From the NCBI RefSeq assembly GCF_963921235.1, contig NC_086097.1:45572001-45636000 (forward strand): a stretch of 64,000 nucleotides of DNA. Reading direction: 5' to 3'. How positions within the stretch are numbered: position 1 is the stretch's first letter; every line of letters begins with the position of its first letter. This document shows positions 24,880-36,237 of this stretch, one piece after another. Below the pieces are notes generated by a model, which saw only the letters and a list, made by a program, of their open reading frames with translations, made no database searches and was not told where the DNA came from. Source of the stretch: Mobula hypostoma (lineage: Eukaryota). Position numbers and translations under genes: made by a program.

Positions 24880-26505
24880 ACCTCTGTAAGGTCACTCCTG
24901 AGCTTCCTACACCCCAGAGGGAAAACCTAGGCTCTCCTTATAACTTTCTTGTCTTAGTATCATCCTCCTGAATGTCTTCTGTACCCTTTCCATTTTAATT
25001 ATGTCCTCCCTTTAGCTGAATTTTGAGTAACATCAAACATAGCACAGCTCAGGGCAGGACAGGTCCTTTGTGCCAACCTAATTAAACCTATAATTTTTAA
25101 TTAATCTAATCCCTCTTCCCCTGCATTGACCATATCTCTCCATTGTTTGTATATTCATGTACCTATCTAGGATCTCTTAAACTATGCTGCCTGCATTTGC
25201 CATCACCCCTGGCAATGCATTCCAGGTACTCACTATTCATTGTGTCTTTTAAAAACAAAACTTGCTTCACTCATCTCCCTTATAATTTCTCCCTCTTGCC
25301 TTCTCTAGTACTAAACATTTCAATCCTGGTATTCATTCCTATCTAATCCCCCCTCAGCCCCCGCCACTCTAGAGAAAGCAGCCCTAGTTTGTCCAACTTC
25401 TCTCATAGCAAATATCCTCCAAACAAAACAGCAAAACAACAAATTTTATGAAGAATATCACTTATATTAAACCTGATACTTATTCTTATTCCAATTCAGC
25501 ATACTGGTAAACTACCTTTGTATCTTCTCCAAAGCATCCACATCCTTAATGAGGCAACAGAAATTGAACGCAATATTCCAAATGTAGCCTAACTAGTGTT
25601 TAATAAAGCTGTAATTTAACTTGCTGTCTCTTGAATGAGTGCCTAGACTAGTGTAGGCAAGCATGTCATACGCCTTCTTTACCATCCCATCAACCTGTTT
25701 CTTTTAGCGTCAGCCATTCTTGTCTGGCGCGTGGTTTCAGGATTGGTCTCCTTTCGGATTAACCAGGTCACGATATGAACGTTCCTGACTTGACCCTTTT
25801 TTTTTCACAAGACTGAGTGGCTAGCTTGACGCTCAACCCAGCACGGATGGAAAGCGTGCTCGGGGGGTGGCCCGACTTGGATTCGAACTTTGGAGCCTTC
25901 GCTCCGGAGTCCGGCGCTGATGTCATTGCTCCACCAGCCGGCCAACCTGGGTGGATACTTTTAAGGAGCCATGTACCTGGAACTAGAGGTTATCAGTGCC
26001 ATCAAGGATATTGAAATTGTGTTCTCCCCCTTTTGGTGGATCTCCTAAAATGTAGCACCTCACTCTTGCCCAGATTATACTGCATTTGCCACTTCTCTGC
26101 CCATTATCTGCAAATGATTTATTTTCCACTGTATCCTTGGGCAATCATCTATGTGATCCACAACACCATCAATCTTTATGTCACTGCAAATCTATCTATA
26201 CCTCTCATTATTTGGTATACCGCTATCAAATCTGCCCTCATCCTCTTACGCTCTTGGGAATAAAGCCCTAACTTATTCAAACTTTCCCTATAACTCAAGT
26301 CCTCAAATCCCGGCAACTTCCTTTTGAATTTTCTTTGCACTCCTTCAGCCGTATTTCTTTCCTGTAGGTCGGTGACCAGAACTGCCTCAACAAAGTCTTA
26401 CAGATGTCAACATATATCCTAACTTCTATTCTCAGTATTTTGATTTATGAATTCCATTGTGCCAAAAGCGCTCTTTACAGCCCTGTAGACTTTATGATGT
26501 TACTT
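24880..26505 (-). mobile_element. Degenerate CR1 3' fragments (host of the SINE and second L1)
   Basis: Reverse-complement CR1 3'-ORF2 sequence. The segment ending 26505 continues at 32323; boundaries approximate. Confidence 0.6.
25698..25943 (-). mobile_element. tRNA-derived SINE, CpG-rich
   Basis: Minus strand begins GGCCGGCTGGTGGAGCAATG (A-box-like) and contains GTTCGAATCC (B box). Flanked by AACCTG direct repeats (25692-97 and 25944-49). Confidence 0.75.
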
Positions 26506-27150
26506 CCTTTTTTTTAAATTTTATTTTTATTTGGATAAGGAATTCAAAAATATCATGTACTTTTTTCACACATATAACCTTTTCCATTTTTTTATATGTA
26601 TAAAACTATAATTATTTATACATTCTTCAGTACACATTGAGATGATATAAAAGGAAATTAGACACTTAAATAGATAATTATGTACTGTGGTAATTCTAAT
26701 CTATTAGGCTAAGTAATGGTATTAGTTGTTAAGAAAAATAGTAATAATAGTTTCCATATATCTCTTCTGGACCATTTCTACTGGTCCAAAATGTTGTATG
26801 TAAGCCTATGTAACAACCATTGTGGGTGTTTATATCCTAATTTGTTCACGCTTGCTCCTGCCCCCAGACATAACTATCCAAACCCTATGTACTTATTTAC
26901 TTAATTTTATCTTTTTTTATCCCTTTCCCAAATCTTTCCCTTTACTTGTGTTAATTCTCTATTTTCCAAAAGAAAACCAAAAAAAAAGGCATTTAGACTA
27001 GGGGTGCTTACGTTAGCAATATTACTGTGTTGATGAGAAGAGCAGTATAAATCATTAGGAGAGTCATCTAAAGTCTGCTTGCATTGGGGTTATATATTCA
27101 ATCCATTTATTCCAGATTTGATAAAATTTTTCTTTTTGAATTCTCGGGGA

Positions 27151-30100
27151 CTAAGTCAACTTTTCCATTTTAAATATTTCCAAGATAATTTCGTGCCAGT
27201 CTTCTAATGTAGGTGGTATTGGATTTAGCCACTTTCTAGTGATTGATTTCTTACTTGCCGCTAAGAGGGCCTGCAGCAACTTTATATCTTCCTTCTGTTC
27301 AAGAAACAATACATGCCCCAAATAGAGCGTCTCAAAGTTCAGAGGTATCTGGGACCTAAGTACCTTAACTAATGTTCTATGAATACTTTCCCAATATAGA
27401 CTTAATTTAGGGCAATCCCAGAAAATATGAAAATGATTTGCCTCCTTGGAGCCGCACCTTCTCCAACACGTCACGTTTGTATCTTTATATTTTTCCTGAT
27501 ATGGGGTCTTGAAGTATCTTATAATGTTTTTCCAACAATGTTCTCTCCAAGTCAAAGAATTAGTCGAGGACCATTGAAAGCTGCAGATTTTCCCCCAAGC
27601 CTCCTCTGAAAGTACCAACCCCGCTTCTTTCTCCCACTTCTCTTTAATATACAGTGCATTTACATTTTTAGCATGGGAGAGTGCATTATATAATCGAGAA
27701 ACTGATTTACTAGGTATTGAACTGCAAGCTGAATTCAGGATCTTGAAAAATTCTAATTCTACTGTTGATAGGTCTGTATATCTACAACTCTGGTTAACAT
27801 AGTTTCGTATTTGAAGGTACCTAAAAAAAGTCATTGTGTTCTAGGCCATGTTTGTCCTGCAGGATTTGGAAACTTTGTAATACTCCGTTATCTATAAATG
27901 AGAGGTAGGTTGTAAGACCTTTCTTTATCCATAGCTCAAATCTTTTATCTCCTCTGTTGGGAAGGAATTCGGTATCATATGCACGCCATCTGAAGAGTTT
28001 TAACATGTTATTAATTCCACATGAATTAACCACCTTCTGCCATACTTTTAGTGTAAGATTTATCCAACTGTTTTTAAATTTTTCCAACTGGGCCATCAAT
28101 CCTTTGTCAGCTATTGAGGCCTGTAGAGGAAAACTGTCAACTAATCCAAATTCTATTTCCTTCCATCTAGCCTTATATTCCCTATTACACCAATATAACA
28201 GAGGGGTTATCTGTGAGGCATAAAAATAATTTCTCAGGCAAGGAAGAACCATACCTCCTCCTTCCTTCCCTAACTGTAAGGTGTTATATTGAATTCTAGG
28301 TTTCTTTCCTTGCCAAATGAAGCGGGAAATCCATTTGTCCCATTCCCTGAATTGATTATCATCCACCTCCACAGGTAAAGTACGGAAAAGATATAATAAC
28401 CGAGGAAGAATATTCATTTTTATAGTATTTATCCTTGAATTTAAACTTAAAAAGGGCATAAGATTCCATCTATGCATATCTGCTTTTATCTCTGAGATTA
28501 ATGACCCATAATTTACCTGTGACAGCGTTGAAAGATCCTTCGGCAGGGTTATTCCTAAATATTTTAATGATTTAGCTTCCCACTTAATTGTATCCTGCAA
28601 TTTTTTGGATGGTGTATAATTTAGGGACATAACCTGCGTTTTCTTTACATTTATTTTATAACCTGATATTTTCCCAGAGTCATCCAACAGTGTAAACAAT
28701 CCTATAAATGATTTTTCTGTTTCACTCAGATAGACCAAAACATCATCTGCGAATAACGCCACTTTCTGTTCAATCCCTGCCACCTTGGTACCTTTTACGA
28801 TTTCGCTCTGTCTTATTAGTTGGGCAAGCGGTTCAATATATAGTGCAAAGAGAAGAGGAGAAATTGGGCATCCCTGTCTAGTGCCTCTCTCTAAGATGAA
28901 GGAGTCAGAGAGGTCCCCATTTATCTTAATTCGGGCTGTAGGGCTGTCATATAAAGTCTGAATTACTTTAATAAACTTTTCTTGAAAGCCGAATCTTCCT
29001 AACACTTTGTATAGGAATGCCCAACTAACCAAATCAAAAGCTTTCTCAGCATCCAATCCTACTACCATTGTCTCTGTCTCGTTCTTATTAACCTGTTCTA
29101 ATATGTGTAGAGTTCTCCTTATGTTGTCCTGTGTTTGTCTTTGTTGAATAAATCCAGTCTGGTCTAAGTGGATTAGGCCAGGTAAAAACTTTTCCAATCT
29201 GCGCGCTAATATAGATGTAAATAGTTTGTAATCTAAATTAAGAACACTAATTGGCTGATAATTGCCACATTCTAGTTTATCTTTACCCTCTTTAGGAATA
29301 ACTGAAATAATCGCTTCTCTCCAGGAAGGTGGAGTTTCTCCTCTCTGCAAGATCCAATTAAAGGTGTTAAGTAGTAATGGGGCTAACTGTGTCTTCAGGG
29401 ACTTGTACCACTCTGAGGTAAACCCATCAGAACCCGGGGACTTTCCAGCCTTTAACCTAGAGATGGCCACGTTCAGTTCTTTGACAGTTACTGGTTCTAA
29501 TAAACTTACATTTTGTAAATCTGTAAGTTTAGGTAGACCTAAAAAATTCAATACACTGTCTATATAGGGCTCATTGGGGGCCTGGGGTTGGGAGTACAGC
29601 TCTCGATAATATGTTTCAAAACTCTCTTGAATTTTCCCTATTGTACTCTCCACAAGCTTTGTCTTTGGATTCTTTATTTTATGAATTGTATTGTCTGCTT
29701 GTTGTTTTCGTAATTTATATGCTAATAACCTAGTTGATTTACCTCCTACTTCATAATTCTTTTGTCTCAGGTAAAGAAAATTTCTTTGAGTTTCCAACAT
29801 ATAAATATCGTCAATTTCACTTTGCAATTTCCTAATTTCCTGTTTTCGATTTGAATTATTTTTGTTGCTATCAACAACTTGAAGTTGTTTTAATTTTCCT
29901 TGAAGGTCTGCTAATTTTTGTGCATTGATTTTTTTCATGTGAGTGGTAATGGAAATAATTTTCCCTCTCAGTACAGCTTTCCATGTATCCCATAAGATCA
30001 CTGGTGATGTTTCTCCCGTGTCATTAAGGTCTAGATATTCTTTGATTTCTCCCCTTAATCTCTCCATTACTTTTGGGTTATTGAGTATATGTGAGTTTAG

Positions 30101-30844
30101 CCTCCATAGTGTTTTCCTCATTTTCCTTTCCAGGATTAGAGACATAGAGACTGGGCTATGATCCGACAGATCAATTGTTGCAATATTACAGTTTTTTATC
30201 CTGAGTCTATCTGTATTAAAGATAAAGAAATAGTCTATCCTTGAATAGGCTGAATGAGGGAAAGAGTAATGTGTATAATCTTTACTAGTGGGGTGTAATT
30301 CCCTCCACACATCTATAATTCCCAACTCCTCCATCAATAAATTCATTTTCCGAGTCAGAGGTTTATTCTGAGTAACTATTCTTGAAGAATCTAATACAGG
30401 ATTTAATCTAATATTAAAATCCCCTCCACAAATTACTACCCCTTGAGAACTGACCATTAGGTCAAAAATGTGTCTATAAAATGACCATTCACAACCTGGA
30501 GGAGCATAAACATTCAGCAATGTTATTTCTGTACCTATTCTTCCTGTAATTTTTACAAACTGTCCTTCTTTGTCTTTAGTCTCTGAAATATCTTCATAAT
30601 TAAGAGTACTTGATATTAAAGTAGCTACCCCTCTTTTGTGACTCAATTTATATGATGAATAAAATACATGCTTAAAGCCCATTCTTTTTAATTTTCCATG
30701 TTCAGATTGGCTCATATGTGTTTCCTGGAGGAAAGCTATTTGTGCCCTCTCTTTTTTCAATTTAGACATAATCTTATTTCTTTTAATTGGATTCAAAACC
30801 CCATTAACATTATAGGAAATTATTTTTACCAATTCAGTTTGCAT
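27151..30844 (-). pseudogene. L1 ORF2 (APE-RT-CCHC), frameshifted at the homopolymer near 27825
   Basis: SYNVNG, LQETH, SDHSP, KSPGSDG, RQGCPISP and LFADD in 27821..30844. CWRRC...HIFWDC lies in 27151..27834. Confidence 0.9.
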
Positions 30845-31206
30845 TTTTCTCTAGTAGAAAAAAAAACTCTCCTTTTCTAACCAAACAGTAAACAATCCCT
30901 TCTCAACAGTAAACCAAGATATATAACCATACCCTAGACATTTTTGAACGTGTAACATTTGAAAATTTTTCCCAACTTCCCACAGTGAGGCCTGAGCACC
31001 GACCCGCCTCAGTTCAGAGGGATAACCTCTATCTGCACCCTGTGTTAGAGGGCCCTCAGCAGTTTGAATAATCATAGAGAATTTTCTCCTATTTATGTCT
31101 CGACCATATTGCTATCATTCAAGTTACTCCGCCTAGTTTATTTTCAGTTACCAGTTTTCATTTTACCTTTTAAGTCCGATTTACTCTTTTCAGTCATTTC
31201 TCTTAA

Positions 31207-32189
31207 TTAATCTGTATTCTCTGTACATTCGCGTCTGAATATTTGCAGCTTTTCCTTGTAGTTTGACACTCTGGTTCGAGTGGAGCGTCCTCGCCCCACT
31301 AACTGCCACGAGTTCTGCCGAATCCTCTCCAGTAGCGACTCCGGTTGGGTGATAACTTTAATAGGTAGTCCCCGGTCCACCAGGTCCGACGTTGCCTCCT
31401 CTACTGTAGCGTAAGTTTTTGTCCCTTCATCGTAAAAGACTCTCAGCCGAGCTGGATACAGGGTCTGGAATCTGATGTTGTTTTCCTTCAGGACCCTCTG
31501 TGTTTCCGCATATTCCTTCCGCCTGGCAAGAATCCCCGGTGCGTAGTCATGGTCTAAACTGATTTTGCAGTTGCTCCACATGAAACCTTTATTTTGCCAT
31601 GCCCGTTTAAGCACCTCTTCGTTCTGTAACTGAGAAATCTGACTAGAATCGATCTGGGCTGGGCACCTGCCGGGGGCTGTGGTGCCAACGCGCGGTGGGC
31701 CCTTTCTATCTGTAGATCTTTTGCGTCCGGTATATCAAGGTTCTGTCTAAGCAGCTTCTCCACGAAGGGAATCATCAATCCGGGTTTACCTTCAGTGCCT
31801 TCGGGAACTCCGTAAATCCTCACATTTTCCCTTCTTGAGCGGCCTTCTTGATCTATTAATTTCCACTGGAGCTGGTCTTGCAGCTTCAGCATTTCTGCTA
31901 TCACTTCCTCGGCGTTTTGTAGCTTCTCTTCAATTCCAACAATCCTCGCTTCGGCTTCATCTATCCGCGAGTTAGTTTTTACTATTTCTCCTTTAATATC
32001 TTCCAGCTGAATGCTGTTATCTTGTCGGAACTCGTGAATCTCTCCGAGAATCAAAGACAGAGTCACCGATTCCCCCTCATTATCTCCGTCCTGGCTTGCC
32101 GTGGGGGAGCTAGGCCCGGTGCCTTGCTGCATCTCTTTCTGTTTATCAGCCCTCGGAGCGGACTTTTTAATCTTGTTTTTAGACATCAT
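31207..32189 (-). pseudogene. L1 ORF1, frameshifted near 31615
   Basis: DQEGRSRRENVRIYGVPEG...IERAHRAL...ILVRFL (31554..32189) continues as LDHDY...LYPARLRVF (31207..31614). Confidence 0.88.
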
Positions 32190-32322
32190 CCTTGCCCCTT
32201 TTATTAATATAGTTATGCAATATTAAGTATTTGTCTAAATTCGATTTTGGGGCAGTTTACCTTTTTTTGTCAAGAGACCTTTTCCTTACGTCGCCATTCC
32301 CTTGATGACCTGGAAGTCCTCC

Positions 32323-34290
32323 TATGATGTTACTTTCAAGGAATTGTGGATTTGTATTCCAAGATCCCTCTATTCTACCATACTCTTCAGTGCCCTACCA
32401 CTCGCTCTATATGTCCTACCCTGGTGTATCCTCCCAAAGTGCAACACCTCACACCTCTCAGCATTAAATTCTATCTGCCATTTTTCAGCATATTTTTCCA
32501 ACTGGTCCAGATCCCACTAGAAGATTTAATAGCTTTCCTTGCTGCCCACTACACTCCCAATCTTGGTGCATTTTGCAAATTTGCTGATCCAGTTTACTAC
32601 ATTATCATCTAGATCATTGACTGATCCCTGTGGCACACCACTAGTCACAGGCCTCCAGTCAGAGAGGCAACCATCTGCTACCACTCTCTGGCTTTTCCCA
32701 CAAAGCCAATGTCTAATCCAATTTACTACTTCATCCTGAATGCCAAGTGACTGAACCTTATTGACCAAACCCCTATTGCGGGAACTTGTCAAAGACTTTG
32801 CGAAAGTTCATGTAGACAACATTCTCTGCCTTGCCTTTATCAACTTTCATAGTAACTTGTTCGAAAAATTCTATAAAATTGGTTAAACTCAACCTTCCAT
32901 GTACAAAACCATGTTAACTATCCGTATTCAATCCTGTTGGTCCAAATACTTATATATCCAGTCCCTTAGATTATCTTCAGATTACCCATAACTGATGTTA
33001 GGCTTACCAGCCTATAATTCCCCAGTTTATTCTTAGAGCCTTTCTTAAATAACGGAACAACATTCCTCCAATCCTCTGATACTTCACCTGCTGCTAAGGT
33101 AATTTTAAATATCTCTGCTGAGGCCCCTGCGATGTCTGCAAAGAGCCTCCAACAAGGTCCAAGGGAGCACTTTCACAGGCCCTGGGGATCTATCCATCCT
33201 AATTTGCATGAGACAGTAAACACCTCTTCCTCTATAATCTGTATATGGTCCATGACCTCCCTGCTGTTTCTCCTCACTTTTATAAACTGTGTTCATCTGC
33301 AGGGTATAAATGCAAAAGATCTATTTAGATCTCCCCCATCTCCTTTTGTTTCATGCATAGCTGACCACTCTGATCTTCAAGAGAACTAATTTTGCCCCGG
33401 CTATCCTTTTATTCTTAATATATCTGCAGAAGCCCTTGGGATTCTCCTTCACCTTGTTTGCTAGAGCAACCTCATGCCTTCTTTTGGCCCTTTTGATTTC
33501 CTTATTAATTGTTCTTTTGCATTTCTTATGGAATGGAAATCCATTCAATTTCCAGGATTGAATGGCTTGTCATATGAAGGATGTTTGATGGCTCTGGGCT
33601 TGTATTTAGTAGAATTTAGAAGAATAAGGGTGACCTAATTGAAACCTATTGAATGGTGAAAGGCCTTGGTAGAGTGGATGTTGAGAGGATGCTTCCTATG
33701 ATGGGAGAGTCTAAAACCAGAGGACACAGCCTCAGAATAGAGGGGCGTGCTTTTAGAACGAAGACGAGGAGGAATTTCTTTAGTCAGAGAGTAGTGAAAC
33801 TATGGAAGTCTTTGCCACAGGCAGCTGTGGAGGCCAAGACTTTATGTATATTTGGGCAGAGGTTGATAGATTCTTGATTGGTCAGAGCAGGAAGGGACAC
33901 AGGAAGAAAGTAGGAGATTGGAGCTGAAAGGAAAATTGAATTAGCCATGATGAAATGGCGGAGCAGACTTGATGGGCCTAATTCTGCTTCTATATCTTAT
34001 GGTCTTAAATACCTGATTTGTTCCTTCCTGCCTATATCTGCTATGCAACTCCTTCTTACCTAGGGTCTCAATCAAAAGCCAGGGTTCCTTAAACCTGTTA
34101 TCTTTACCTTTTATTCTGACAGGAATATAAAAAAGCTGTACTCATCTTTGAAGTCCTCCTGCTTAACAAGCACACCTTTGCTAGAAAACAACCTATCCCA
34201 TCCACACTTGCCAGATCCTTTCTGATACCATCAAAATTGGCCTTTTCCAATTAGAATCTCAACCCAATGATCAGACCTTTCCTTCTCCAC
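32323..34290 (-). mobile_element. Degenerate CR1 RT region, with a + strand CR1 3' fragment nested at about 33550-34007
   Basis: [15 protein letters not shown] and KVKENPKGFCRYIK on the minus strand; RNFFSQRVVKLWKSLPQ on the plus strand. Confidence 0.75.
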
Positions 34291-34410
34291 TTTTTTCTTC
34301 TAACTAGTTGGAATGGATTCGTCCAACTTCTTGTGGGCATGACATACCTAGGCAATTGTCAGTAGGTCCCAGTGTTTGTCGCTGTACTGGATCAGTTCAA
34401 GTGTGTGGCA

Positions 34411-34510
34411 GGACTCTGACGAAGGGTCTTGGCCCGAAACATCGACTGTACCTCTTCCTGGAGATGCTGCTTGGCCTGCTGCGTTCACCAGCAACTTTTA
34501 TGTGTGTAGT
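34411..34510 (+). mobile_element. Penelope-like pLTR fragment with hammerhead-like core
   Basis: CTGACGA (34416-22) AGGG...CCC GAAA (34436-39), followed by sequence matching 8950-9015. Confidence 0.7.
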
Positions 34511-35080
34511 TTTGTTTCTTTTTGGATTTGTAGTGGTTTATTTCAACTGAGCTGCTGTCTGAAATTGCCAAGTAAGCCATTAGGGCTCATCTGCATTGCT
34601 GTGTCCAGGAAATCCAGATATTCCCTGGACTCTTCCACTGAGTCCATGGGATCGCTGATCCATGACTATTCAAAATGGATAAGTATACAGTTGGCAGTGA
34701 GAACTTTGACCTTGCATTGGAGGAGGGAAAACACAAAGGCCCTGTGTAAGCTCTCAAAGGAGCAGGCACCTGAGCAACTACTCACCCACCCCTTCAGCCA
34801 TCTCATTCCAGACTGTGGGAGAATCTGAGGCTCTCACATTAGGCTCATTAGCCTCTTCAGAACCAATGAATTATTTTCAATCACAAGATACTCCCTAAGC
34901 AGAAGGCTAAAATTTAATATTAGATTTTTTAAACTTGAATTGCATATGAAAGAATGCTGCTGGTTTATTTTTTTGAACTGAGTCCTGTATCCACGTTACG
35001 TTTTTCTAATAACGTGTGACTTTTAGGGAGCAGGAAATAGAGAGAATTAGGCAAAAAACAGTTTGTATCAATTATATAGT

Positions 35081-35332
35081 AACACACATAAAATGCTGGA
35101 GGAACTCAGCAGGTCAGGCAGCATCTATGGGAATGAACAAACAAAGTTCTGAAGGCTGTAGATCCCTTAAAGTCACTCCTTGTTAGGAAAAAGTAACGTA
35201 GGTACAGGACTCAGTTTTTAAAAAAAAATGAAATTGCAACTGTTCTGTTCACCAGGACTGAAGAAGGGTCTTGGCCTGAAACACTGTGTGTGTTGCTTTG
35301 GATTTCCAGCATCTGCAGAATCTCGTGTTGTA
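35081..35332. mobile_element. Penelope-like pLTR fragments in opposite orientations
   Basis: Minus arm ACACACATAAAATGCTGGAGGAACTCAGCAGG; plus arm CTGAAGAAGGGTCTTGGCCTGAAAC...CCAGCATCTGCAGAAT. Confidence 0.6.
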
Positions 35333-35428
35333 GAAATTATGACCTTCACGGTCCCTAAGCATCAGCCAAATGTTCTATCGGTTTGTAAATCAGGTGCATA
35401 TTTAATGTTTGTGTAATTGCATTTTCAG

Positions 35429-35878
35429 GTGTAAAATCACATTTAAGCTCCCTGACAGCAACCACCTGCAGTGAATCAGTTCATGAAAGAGCGAGCTCAA
35501 CTGACTCAAGAGAAATGCAAAACGATGACATTTCGAGAAGTGATTCATTTGAGATGCAACAGACACCATCTTCTGAGCCTGCACAATTGCCAAGTCTGAA
35601 TACCAAAAATGATGGTGAGAGACAAGCATGGGACGAGCCAGCAGAAAGAAGATATTCATTCACTAGTGAGCCCAGAAGCAGAAGCAGTTCTCTCAATAGT
35701 AATATTAGTGTTTTTAGCCACGTAACCACTCCAGAACACCAGGTAGGAACACTTACCTCACCTGTTACGTTAACAAAAGTCCCAGAGTCCTTGGAGAGGT
35801 TCAGTGCAATGAACATGGAAGAATTCAATCAACAACTGGTTGTTGTTTCCGTAAAAAAGAAGAAGAAACGAAAGCAAG
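35429..35878 (+). CDS. TECPR2: TECPR2 internal exon (Ser-rich linker ending in poly-Lys tract)
   Basis: ttttcag| ... caag|gtattc, 450 nt, phase 1 to 1. In frame with ORF 35515; contains RSRSSSLNS and EEFNQQLVVVSVKKKKKRKQ. Confidence 0.9.
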
Positions 35879-36237
35879 GTATTCTTTTTGTAACCTTTTG
35901 TTTTTATGCATTTGCTGTCAGCTCAGATTCCCTTTGTGGTTTCCACAACCTTTGTTCTTTAGTCATTAACTTCCTTTCCCTGGAAAATGTCCAAGACTAA
36001 ATTAGACTGTTAGCTTTTAGAATTATGTTAGACCTTAAAATGAGCTTTGCATCCATGTAATCAGAAAAGCCATCTATGTTAAATTCTGTATCTCATGTTT
36101 GCCTCCCAGCTTTTCTGCCATTTTTGTGACTGTGTCCTCTAAGCTTGTTCAGAACTCTTCTTGCTTCAACAATATCCAAACTTGTTGCTCATTTACCCTG
36201 TGTTCATGGGCTCACATTGAACTCTGATCATGTAGCA

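Larger units (their letters stand above)
26506..32322 (-). mobile_element. Second full-length L1/Tx1-clade LINE with two frameshifts
   Basis: TSD TATGATGTTACTT (26493-26505 and 32323-32335; 15 bp with 1 mismatch). 5' end GGAGGACTTCC; A-rich 3' tail; ORF1 and ORF2 each split once. Confidence 0.92.

Noticed and set aside
25870..25943. Possible tRNA gene
   Set aside because: Has A/B-box-like motifs but continues into a SINE body flanked by a TSD; I could not build a convincing canonical cloverleaf.
34376..34828. 150-aa ORF sharing PDEGSRPET...PRDAAWPAAFTSNF with ORFs at 8948 and 55426
   Set aside because: The shared peptide is a translation of the repeated non-coding pLTR, not a protein family.
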